Of a DNA stretch of 31,827 nt, positions 24,891-31,827 are shown in pieces. This DNA comes from a virus. Lineage: Duplodnaviria; Caudoviricetes. The notes under the pieces were generated by a model, which worked only from the letters and a program-made list of their open reading frames with translations, made no database searches and was not told the DNA's origin. A program made the position numbers and the translations under genes. How positions within the stretch are numbered: the first letter of the stretch is position 1; every line of letters starts with the position of its first letter. Where the stretch lies: positions 1 through 31,827 of IMG/VR virus record IMGVR_UViG_3300025635_000104. The stretch is one strand, 5' to 3'.

Positions 24891-26137
24891 CCACACACTC
24901 CAAACTCTTCAGCCCCAGCGCCGCGCCGCGCTGGATGCGCTGCCCGGGGAGCGTCGCGCTGACGCAAGACATGCCCGACGAGACAAGCAAGTTCGCCGAG
25001 GAAGGCACGCTGGCGCACTGGTTGGGCGCGTTGGTGTTGACGGCGGGCGAGGACAGCCCTGCGAAGTTCTACATGGAGTATTACCCGGACGGTGATCATA
25101 CCTGCGAGGAAGTGCCCAACACGCTGCGCGTGACGCACGAAATGCAGGACTTCATCCGTACCTATACGGATTACGTCAACGCCGAAGTCGAGCGCACCGG
25201 CGGCACGCTCCTGGTGGAGCAGCAGGTGGACTTCTCGGCCACGCTCGGTGTTCAGCCCGGCGAGGCGACGGGTACGGCCGACGCGATCATCGTGTCGGAT
25301 GATGAGATCGTCGTCATCGACCTCAAGTACGGTCGCGGCGTGCAGGTGTTCGCCGAGTCCGAACAGTTGAAGCTCTACGCGCTGGGCGCGATGGAGCAGC
25401 ACGATCCGCTGGGTCTGGTCGAGAAGTACAAGTTGGTCATCGTTCAGCCGCGGCTCGACCACATCGACGAGTTGGTCATGACGAACGTCGAGCTTTCAGC
25501 GTTCGGCGATGAGGCGAAGATACGCGCGAAACTGGTCCTCGACGCCGTGGAGACGTACGAGCAAGGCGGACAAATCAGCGACTTCATGGCGCCTTCGGAG
25601 AAAGCATGCCAGTGGTGCAAGGCGAAGGCGACGTGCCCGGCGCTGAGCCGCGACGTGGCGCAGACCGTTCAGCCGAACGCCGACGACATGGAGGACATCG
25701 CAGCGACGCTCACGCCGGACGGCGCCAACTGGCTCGGCATCGCCATGTCCAAGGTCGGCATGATCGAGGACTGGTGCAAAGCCGTGCGCGCAGCGGTCGA
25801 GGGCGAACTCATTGCCGGCCGCGCGGTGCCCGGCTACAAGCTGGTCGAAGGTCGCCGGGGTGCCCGCAGTTGGTCCGACGAGACGGCCGCAGAGGAACTG
25901 CTGCGCAAGACGTTCCGGCTCAAGGTCGAAGAAGCCTACGACCTCAAGCTCATTTCTCCGACCAAAGCCGAGAAGGTGCTGGCGGATTCACCGCGGCGCT
26001 GGAACAAGGCCAAGGCGCTCATCACCCAAGGCCAGGGCAAGCCCAGCGTGGCGCCGGAGAGCGATAAGCGGCCGGCGATCAGCGTGGCGCCCGATGCGTC
26101 GGGGATGGAAGATTTATCAACCGAAGTGGAGATGTGA
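24887..26137 (+). CDS. DUF2800 Cas4-like PD-(D/E)xK nuclease, 416 aa
   Basis: HSKLFSPSAAPRWMRCPGS, AEEGTLAH, GTADAI..VIDLKYG, QLKLYALG, VQPR and CQWCKAKATC. Confidence 0.9.
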   Translation: MTTHSKLFSPSAAPRWMRCPGSVALTQDMPDETSKFAEEGTLAHWLGALVLTAGEDSPAKFYMEYYPDGDHTCEEVPNTLRVTHEMQDFIRTYTDYVNAEVERTGGTLLVEQQVDFSATLGVQPGEATGTADAIIVSDDEIVVIDLKYGRGVQVFAESEQLKLYALGAMEQHDPLGLVEKYKLVIVQPRLDHIDELVMTNVELSAFGDEAKIRAKLVLDAVETYEQGGQISDFMAPSEKACQWCKAKATCPALSRDVAQTVQPNADDMEDIAATLTPDGANWLGIAMSKVGMIEDWCKAVRAAVEGELIAGRAVPGYKLVEGRRGARSWSDETAAEELLRKTFRLKVEEAYDLKLISPTKAEKVLADSPRRWNKAKALITQGQGKPSVAPESDKRPAISVAPDASGMEDLSTEVEM

Positions 26138-26138
26138 G

Positions 26139-26351
26139 ATGAATGAAATGTTAGCAGGGCGGAGTCAGTACGACATGCAAAACTCCCTGATGAACGCCCC
26201 CGTGCGCGCGCCATCGGTGCTCGAACGTCTGACCAGTGAAAAGGAACGGCTCGAGTATCGGCTGAAGCAGGTCAACGAAGCGTTGGCGCTGCTCGACGCC
26301 CAACCCGCAGTCAAGGACGTGCTCGAAGCGCTGTCCAAAATCGGTTTTTAA
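26139..26351 (+). CDS. Small coiled-coil protein, 70 aa
   Basis: ATG 1 nt after upstream stop; heptad pattern LTSEKERLEYRLKQVNEAL. Confidence 0.65.
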   Translation: MNEMLAGRSQYDMQNSLMNAPVRAPSVLERLTSEKERLEYRLKQVNEALALLDAQPAVKDVLEALSKIGF

Positions 26352-26362
26352 GGAGCAACAAC

Positions 26363-26932
26363 GTGGAAATCATTCTCAAGAACGTGCGACTCGCATTCTT
26401 CAACGGCTACGAGCCCGGCAGCTACGAGGGCAAGCTCTCGTACGGCGCGCAGTTGATCATCGACCCGGCCGACGAGGCCCAGGTCAAGAAGCTGGACGAC
26501 GCCATTCAGGCGTGCGCCATCGAGAAGTGGGGCGCGAAGGCCGGCGCTTTCCTCAAGGAGATGAAGGCGAAAGATCGCGTCTGCTTCCGCCACGGGCCGA
26601 AGATGGCCGCCAGTGGCGAGCCGTACGACGGTTTCGCCGACCGCTTCTACCTGTCGTGCTCGAGCCGCGAGAACCAGGCGCCGCTGTGCATCAAGCGGGA
26701 CAAGTCCATCAGCACGCCGCGCGACGGCGACCTCTACGCGGGGTGCTACGCGGACGTGAAGCTGAGCCTGTGGGCGCAGGACAACCAGTACGGCAAGCGC
26801 ATCAACGCTCAGTGCCTGGTGTTCCAGCACCGCGCGCACGGCGACGCCTTCGCGGGCGGTCCGCCGCCGAGCGTCGACGGCATGGACGACCTGAGCGACA
26901 CCGGCGAAGAGCTGGCGGATCTCATGGGTTGA
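26363..26932 (+). CDS. DUF2815 single-stranded DNA-binding protein (T7 gp2.5-like), 189 aa
   Basis: AAGGAG RBS; LKNVRLAF, LYAGCY, WAQDNQYGKRINA; acidic C-terminus. Confidence 0.88.
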   Translation: MEIILKNVRLAFFNGYEPGSYEGKLSYGAQLIIDPADEAQVKKLDDAIQACAIEKWGAKAGAFLKEMKAKDRVCFRHGPKMAASGEPYDGFADRFYLSCSSRENQAPLCIKRDKSISTPRDGDLYAGCYADVKLSLWAQDNQYGKRINAQCLVFQHRAHGDAFAGGPPPSVDGMDDLSDTGEELADLMG

Positions 26933-26937
26933 TCTCC

Positions 26938-26980
26938 GAGCGCCCCGCCGTAAACCGCAACACCACGCGGCGGGGCGCTC
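26938..26980. repeat. GC-rich hairpin after SSB gene
   Basis: GAGCGCCCCGCCG-17 nt-CGGCGGGGCGCTC; no U-tract. Confidence 0.65.
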
Positions 26981-27002
26981 AACTTCAAACGTAGGAGGGG
27001 CT

Positions 27003-27218
27003 ATGTCTGAGTTGAGCGTTGAAGCATTGAGCGCCGCGGCTAAGCGCCGGATGGCTGAGTACCACATCACGCCGCGCGACGAGCGGTTGCCGGTGCCGCT
27101 CTGGTGCGACCGCGACATCGGCATGGAGCAACTGCACGCGGCGCTATCGGCTGCGGGCTTGGAGCTCGTGGCCGATATTCGGAGCCCTTGGCGTTTGGTG
27201 ATCAGGCGCAGGACATGA
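27003..27218 (+). CDS. Hypothetical protein, 71 aa
   Basis: AGGAGG RBS. Confidence 0.65.
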   Translation: MSELSVEALSAAAKRRMAEYHITPRDERLPVPLWCDRDIGMEQLHAALSAAGLELVADIRSPWRLVIRRRT

Positions 27219-27442
27219 TCCGCTGCACTCTCCACCTGACGCACTTGGAGCCGTTCAAGGAATGGCTCACACAGCGCGGCGTTGCCTTTCGTCCCGGTAA
27301 AGGTGACTGGCAGGTGCTGCAGGTTGAAACGCCGAAGCATGGCTGGCAGGTCATCTTCCGCCGCGCTGATATGCCCGAGCACTACTCGATCAACGCAAAG
27401 CTGCTGCCGCTTGTGCAGAGCTTCATCGACTCCCGCAAATGA
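27215..27442 (+). CDS. Hypothetical protein, 75 aa
   Basis: ATGA overlaps at both ends; MIRCTLHLTHLEPFKEWL... Confidence 0.7.
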   Translation: MIRCTLHLTHLEPFKEWLTQRGVAFRPGKGDWQVLQVETPKHGWQVIFRRADMPEHYSINAKLLPLVQSFIDSRK

Positions 27443-29400
27443 CCACCCTCTACGTCGACATCGAATCATTTTGCGAACTGCCCATCACGGTCGGCACGGC
27501 GCGCTATTGGGAAGCGGCTGAGGTGCTGCTGGTGTCGTGGGCGGTCGATGATGGGCCGGTGGAGGTGATCGACTGGCAGCGCATCGGCGTCGACCGTTCG
27601 CGCTTCGTGGCCGCATGGAACGCCGCCGACGTGCGCTGCGCTCATAACGCCAGTTTTGACCGCACAGGTCTGCGCACGATTGGCTTCACCGCGCCGCTCG
27701 AGCAGTGGCATTGCACGAGCGCCCAGGCGCTGCAGCACTCGCTGCCGGGTAGCTTGGGGCCGCTGAGCGAAATCTACCAGCTCGGCGATCAGGGCAAGGA
27801 CAAGCGCGGGAAACAGTTGATCCAACTGTTCTGCAAGCCCCGACCGAAGACCTCTCACTGTCGCAGAGCGACAGCAATTACGCACCCCACTGAGTGGGCC
27901 GAGTTCATCGAATACGCGCGCCAGGACGTGGTGGCGATGCGAGAGCTGCACCGCAAGCTGCCGAAGTGGAATTTGACGCCCGTCGAACGGCAGGCATGGA
28001 TACAGCACCAAGAGATCAGCGAGCGAGGCTTCCACGTCGACCTCGACCTTGCCCGCGAAGCCGTGGCGCTCGGCGCGAGGACGAAGGAGGCGCTTCAGGA
28101 GCGCACCGCGGAGATCACTGGCACCGACCTTGCGGTCAGCCAGCGCGATGCGCTCTTGAAGCTGCTCCTTGAGGACTACGGCGTATCCCTGCCGGATATG
28201 CAGGCCGCCACGCTTGAGCGGCGCATTCAGGACGAATCGCTGCCGGAGCCGGTGCGGGAGTTGTTGGAGATCAGGTTGTGGTCCTCCAAGGGCAGCAACG
28301 CGAAGTGGCAAGTGCTGCTGAACTCCGTGAGCGTCGACCAGCGCCTGCGTTTCACGGCCAAGTTCTGCGGGGCGAACCGCGCCGGCCGGATCAGCGGCTC
28401 GGGCTTCCAGCCGCTCAACCTCCCGCGCCCGCCGAAGAAGTTGAAAAAGCACATCCCCGAAGGCGTCGAGTTCATCAAGGCCGGCGTGGCTGACCTTGTG
28501 TACGACGCCCCGATGGACATGGCCAGCGCGGCGCTCCGCGGTGCCATCATCGCGCCGCCCGGAAAGAAGTTGGTGGTGGCGGACATCAACGGCGTGCAGG
28601 ACCGTGAGACGGCCTGGTACGCAGGCGAAGAGTGGGTGCTTCAAGCGTATCGCGACTACGACGCGGGCGTCGGTCCCGACGTGTACATGACCACGTACGC
28701 GCGCCTGTTCAACGTCACGCTCGAGCGTGTGATCGCCGAGAACGAAGCGGGCGGCAACTGGCGGAACGTCGGCAAGGTCATACGTCTGGCCGGTGGCTTC
28801 GGCGGCGGGGTGAATGCCGTCGACCGGATGGCGACGCTCTACGGTGTCGGGCTGACCGACGCCGAGAAGAAAGAGATCATCGACAAGTACCGCGCGCAGA
28901 GCCCCCACATCAAAGCGTTCTGGTACGAACTGGAAGAGGCGTGCAAGGGTGTCATCACGTCGCCGAGCGGCACGCGCCGCCAGTTGGACAAGCTGGAAAT
29001 CGTGCGCTCTGGCTCGTGGTTGAGGATCGTGCTGCCGAGCGGTCGGTCGCTTAGCTACGCGCAGGCGCGCGTAGAGCCGGGCAAGTACGGCAACGGGGAG
29101 ATCACCTACGCCGGCACGAACGAGTACACCAAGCAGTGGGGCCGTGCCAAGACCTGGGGCGGAAAGCTAACGCAGAACATTGCGCTCGGCACAGAGCGCG
29201 ACATTCTGGTGGCGAACCTGCAACTGATGCGGGACAGCGAATATGTGCCGGTGTCGACGTGCTATGACGAGGTGATCGCCGAGTGCGCCGAAGATGCGCC
29301 GCTCGATCCGTTCGTCGCCATGCTCGCCACCGTTCCGCCCTGGGCACCGGGCTTGCCGCTGAAAGCTGAAGGCTTCGAGACACAGAGGTATCGGAAATGA
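27439..29400 (+). CDS. Family A DNA polymerase (APSE-type) with 3'-5' exonuclease and divergent active site, 653 aa
   Basis: Exo motifs DIE, HNASFD, YARQD; motif A ADINGVQDR, motif B RNVGKVIRLAGGFGG, motif C CYDE. Confidence 0.92.
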   Translation: MTTLYVDIESFCELPITVGTARYWEAAEVLLVSWAVDDGPVEVIDWQRIGVDRSRFVAAWNAADVRCAHNASFDRTGLRTIGFTAPLEQWHCTSAQALQHSLPGSLGPLSEIYQLGDQGKDKRGKQLIQLFCKPRPKTSHCRRATAITHPTEWAEFIEYARQDVVAMRELHRKLPKWNLTPVERQAWIQHQEISERGFHVDLDLAREAVALGARTKEALQERTAEITGTDLAVSQRDALLKLLLEDYGVSLPDMQAATLERRIQDESLPEPVRELLEIRLWSSKGSNAKWQVLLNSVSVDQRLRFTAKFCGANRAGRISGSGFQPLNLPRPPKKLKKHIPEGVEFIKAGVADLVYDAPMDMASAALRGAIIAPPGKKLVVADINGVQDRETAWYAGEEWVLQAYRDYDAGVGPDVYMTTYARLFNVTLERVIAENEAGGNWRNVGKVIRLAGGFGGGVNAVDRMATLYGVGLTDAEKKEIIDKYRAQSPHIKAFWYELEEACKGVITSPSGTRRQLDKLEIVRSGSWLRIVLPSGRSLSYAQARVEPGKYGNGEITYAGTNEYTKQWGRAKTWGGKLTQNIALGTERDILVANLQLMRDSEYVPVSTCYDEVIAECAEDAPLDPFVAMLATVPPWAPGLPLKAEGFETQRYRK

Positions 29401-29624
29401 GCGCACCACGCAAAATCGAATACGTCGCGGACGGTGTGAAGTACGAACAGGGCCCACCGTGCAAGTACGGCCACCCCGGCATTCGATACATCAAGCGCCG
29501 CGGCCGACCGCGCGGTGGTTGCGTGCACTGCCACACGGCGCGGAACCGCGGCGAGAAGCCCGAGCAGGAAGTGGTGCTGAGGTATGTGCTCAAAGCTGAT
29601 TGGACAGTGGAGATCAGGGCATGA
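29397..29624 (+). CDS. Small Zn-binding protein, 75 aa
   Basis: PCKYGH..RY...CVHC; ATGA overlaps. Confidence 0.6.
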   Translation: MSAPRKIEYVADGVKYEQGPPCKYGHPGIRYIKRRGRPRGGCVHCHTARNRGEKPEQEVVLRYVLKADWTVEIRA

Positions 29625-29797
29625 GACTTTCAACCTGCAAGCGTTGCGGCGAAGACACGGTGCTTCGCCAGGCTCAAGTTCAGGGCCAGGAGCAGTGGCT
29701 CGAGTATGATGACGCCAACCGCGAGCGGCTGCACAAGTATTCGTGCAAGCGATCTGCGTGGCGCGGTGTGCAGTTAGAACGGAGGGTGGCGAGATGA
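29621..29797 (+). CDS. Small Zn-ribbon-like protein, 58 aa
   Basis: CKRC...HxxxC; ATGA overlaps. Confidence 0.55.
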   Translation: MRLSTCKRCGEDTVLRQAQVQGQEQWLEYDDANRERLHKYSCKRSAWRGVQLERRVAR

Positions 29798-30288
29798 ACG
29801 TCAAGCACATGCCCTTCACTCAGGAATACCTTCGTTCCGTTTTCAGCTACGATGAAAAAACAGGACTGCTGCATCGCATAAAGGGCGGCAATTCCCGCTA
29901 CACAGGGACGCCGGGGAAAAGCGGTTACCTTTGGCGCGGCGTTAAGATGAAAAAATATGCAGTGCATCGTCTTATCTACTTATATGTGCATGGTGTTCAG
30001 CCCGAACAGATAGACCATGTAGACGGAGACCCCGCGAACAACCGGATTGAAAATCTGAGAGCCTGCACCAGCGCGCAAAATCAGTTCAATATTCCGCGCC
30101 AGAAAAATAACACTACGGGATTTAGGGGCGTATACCGCATAAAAATAAAAACGTGCAATCCTTACGTAGCATCCATAAAGATAAAAGGAAAGCAGACACA
30201 CTTAGGGTGCTTTCCTACTGCAGAAGAGGCGGCGGAAAGGTATAGAAAAGCCGCTTTAGCGTACGCAGGAGAATTTGTGAGGCGTTAG
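29794..30288 (+). CDS. HNH homing endonuclease with AP2 domain, 164 aa
   Basis: HRLIY, IDHVDGDPANNRIENLR, NTTGFRGV, HLGCFPTAEEAA; visibly AT-richer than flanks. Confidence 0.92.
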   Translation: MNVKHMPFTQEYLRSVFSYDEKTGLLHRIKGGNSRYTGTPGKSGYLWRGVKMKKYAVHRLIYLYVHGVQPEQIDHVDGDPANNRIENLRACTSAQNQFNIPRQKNNTTGFRGVYRIKIKTCNPYVASIKIKGKQTHLGCFPTAEEAAERYRKAALAYAGEFVRR

Positions 30289-30289
30289 C

Positions 30290-30568
30290 ATGCGCGAGTC
30301 GGCGATAGAAAAACACTTGTGCAAAGTTGTGTCGGAACTAAAGGGGGAATGCCTCAAGTTCGTCAGCCCTGGGCGCCGGGGCGTGACGGACAGGGTGGTG
30401 ATGCTCCCTGGCGGCTTCGTGGCGTTCGTGGAGTTGAAGGCGCCAGGGGAGAAGCCGCGCGCAGAGCAAGTGCGCTTTCACCAGCGGTGCTTCGATCTCG
30501 GGGCGACGTGCCTGGTGTTCGACAACCGAGAAGCTATTAACGATTGGGTTCGGAGGATAAAGCGATGA
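30290..30568 (+). CDS. VRR-NUC domain nuclease, 92 aa
   Basis: MRESAIE, KFVSPGRRGVTDR, FVELKAPG..Q. Confidence 0.9.
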   Translation: MRESAIEKHLCKVVSELKGECLKFVSPGRRGVTDRVVMLPGGFVAFVELKAPGEKPRAEQVRFHQRCFDLGATCLVFDNREAINDWVRRIKR

Positions 30569-30984
30569 ACGAGTGGATTAAGCACAACGGCGGCCCCTGC
30601 CCGGTGGCGGCGAATGTCAATTATGTAGTTCAGTTTCGCGATGGTGCCGTTGCCACAATCCCAGCCGACACGATGCGCGGAGAAACAAACTGGCAGCACA
30701 GGGGCGATCTCGATGACATCGTGGCCTACCGCCTCGCCAGCCCGCCCAATGCGGATAAACGGCGCGAATACACCGCAGACGAATTGCCACGGCAATTGGC
30801 AGGACCACCACCCGCCCGCCTCGCCCGCGACATGACGGTGCGCGAGCGGATGGCGATGGCGGCGATGCAAGGGATCCTTGCAGCGTGGCCGGTTAATGAA
30901 ACGTGGGACACCGATGAAAAGGCGCGGTGGGCTGTGGATTTTGCCGATTCATTGATCGCGGCGCTGGGGAAAGGCGATGAGTGA
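30565..30984 (+). CDS. Hypothetical protein, 139 aa
   Basis: WIKHNGGPCPV...DIVAYR followed by MTVRERMAMAAMQG...ADSLIAAL, both common phage small-protein modules. Confidence 0.75.
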   Translation: MNEWIKHNGGPCPVAANVNYVVQFRDGAVATIPADTMRGETNWQHRGDLDDIVAYRLASPPNADKRREYTADELPRQLAGPPPARLARDMTVRERMAMAAMQGILAAWPVNETWDTDEKARWAVDFADSLIAALGKGDE

Positions 30985-31321
30985 CATGGTATGCGCCCAC
31001 GGGCAACTGAGCCGGCAGTGCGAACTGTGCGAGGCAATGAACACCATCGCCGAACTCACGGCGACGGTCGAGCGGCTGCGGGACGAAGTACACGTCGCGA
31101 ATAACAGCTATGCGACGTTAGCCGGCGAGCACGAAGCCCTGCGCCAGCAGCTTGCCGCCGCGCAGGCTGATGCGGGGCGATTGGAACGACTGAATGATTT
31201 CGTGAAAGAACTCGCGGAAGAAGATTGCGGCTATGGCGACGACTGCCCGGAATTCGGGTCTCGTCACTACCGATGCCTGCGCTGCAAGGCGCTTTCAGCC
31301 ATGCAGAAGCCCCAGCCATGA
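30977..31321 (+). CDS. Hypothetical coiled-coil protein with Cys clusters, 114 aa
   Basis: Overlapping start/stop; CAHG..CELC and C-terminal Cys motif. Confidence 0.65.
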   Translation: MSDMVCAHGQLSRQCELCEAMNTIAELTATVERLRDEVHVANNSYATLAGEHEALRQQLAAAQADAGRLERLNDFVKELAEEDCGYGDDCPEFGSRHYRCLRCKALSAMQKPQP

Positions 31322-31578
31322 GCGCCGAGCGCGAGGCCGTGGCGCGGGCTATCAGGGCCATCAGGATGTTCCGCCCGTCGTCCGAAGAATTAGCAGACGT
31401 CGCCATAGCCGCGCTCGACGCGCATCGGGCGGGGCAGGCTGGTCGTCATGGCTTCCTTTGTGGGAAATGCGGTTTCGTTAAATACAGTTCTCCACCGAGA
31501 CAGCAATGCCCAAATGGCTGCGGCGATATTTTCTATCACGACGACTGCGGCAAGCGAGTGGAGGTGAAGCATGACTGA
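31318..31578 (+). CDS. Hypothetical Cys-rich protein, 86 aa
   Basis: ATGA overlap; CGKC...CPNGC. Confidence 0.6.
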   Translation: MSAEREAVARAIRAIRMFRPSSEELADVAIAALDAHRAGQAGRHGFLCGKCGFVKYSSPPRQQCPNGCGDIFYHDDCGKRVEVKHD

Positions 31579-31827
31579 CGAGGAACTGATCGAGGCGATG
31601 GTTCATGAAGCTGACAGGTGGGTGACGCAGAAAAGCGGCATGCGCGCAGCCCTGGCCGTCGTGCGCGAGGCGTGGGGGAAGGATGCGGAGCGGTGGCAGG
31701 AATTCTTGAGGCGCGCTCGCGTGACGCAGACAGAGGAACGTTTGTTTTCTGGTGACGTTCGCCAGTGCTGGTCGGCTTGGTTCGATGGGGACCACAAGCA
31801 CGTCAATCATGCAGTTGACGCAGCCAT
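31571..31827 (+). CDS. Hypothetical protein, partial (runs off the window)
   Basis: GGAGG RBS; open frame MTDEELIEAM...KDAERW to the edge. Confidence 0.6.
   Translation, partial: MTDEELIEAMVHEADRWVTQKSGMRAALAVVREAWGKDAERWQEFLRRARVTQTEERLFSGDVRQCWSAWFDGDHKHVNHAVDAA

Larger units (their letters stand above)
1..31827. mobile_element. Tailed bacteriophage/prophage genome segment (podovirus-like head module, APSE-type replication module)
   Basis: Terminase, portal, scaffold, capsid, primase-helicase, SSB, Pol A and VRR-NUC in tightly overlapping operons; no cellular housekeeping genes; no integrase or att site seen. Confidence 0.96.

Noticed and set aside
24887-26137. Cas4-like protein as sign of a CRISPR system
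   Set aside because: DUF2800 nuclease is a standard part of APSE-type replication modules
27466-28908. 480-aa minus-strand ORF
   Set aside because: Antisense shadow of the polymerase
1-31827. tRNA/rRNA genes, integrase/att sites, stop-codon reassignment
   Set aside because: None recognised by eye; genes are intact in the standard code and use TAA, TAG and TGA stops

Overview
The whole window is a segment of a GC-rich tailed phage or prophage, probably podovirus-like. No host genes and no integrase are visible. The left arm (minus strand, ~19,060 to 1) is a late operon: putative terminase small subunit, ribbon-helix-helix (RHH) regulator, a nonulosonic (sialic)-acid cassette (neuB, neuC, HD-domain protein, SAM methyltransferase, neuA), intein-containing terminase large subunit, portal, PhyH-like dioxygenase, scaffold, N4-gp56-like major capsid, small Ser/Thr-rich virion proteins, a Maf/GT42-like putative transferase, a propeller/beta-helix spike-like protein, adaptor and the start of a tail protein. 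The centre holds an array of small rightward genes with repeated leaders and hairpins, a probable origin, a primase-helicase, a Cro-like protein and a Mom-like protein. The right arm is an APSE-type replication module (DUF2800 nuclease, DUF2815 SSB, family A polymerase, HNH-AP2, VRR-NUC). Two signals stand out. (1) A CMP-nonulosonate pathway is translationally coupled to the packaging genes, with a candidate transferase among the head genes, suggesting a phage-encoded virion sialylation system. (2) The Pol A keeps its catalytic residues, but several normally invariant substrate-selecting residues, including the steric gate, are changed together. All family assignments come from motif recognition by eye; no searches were run.
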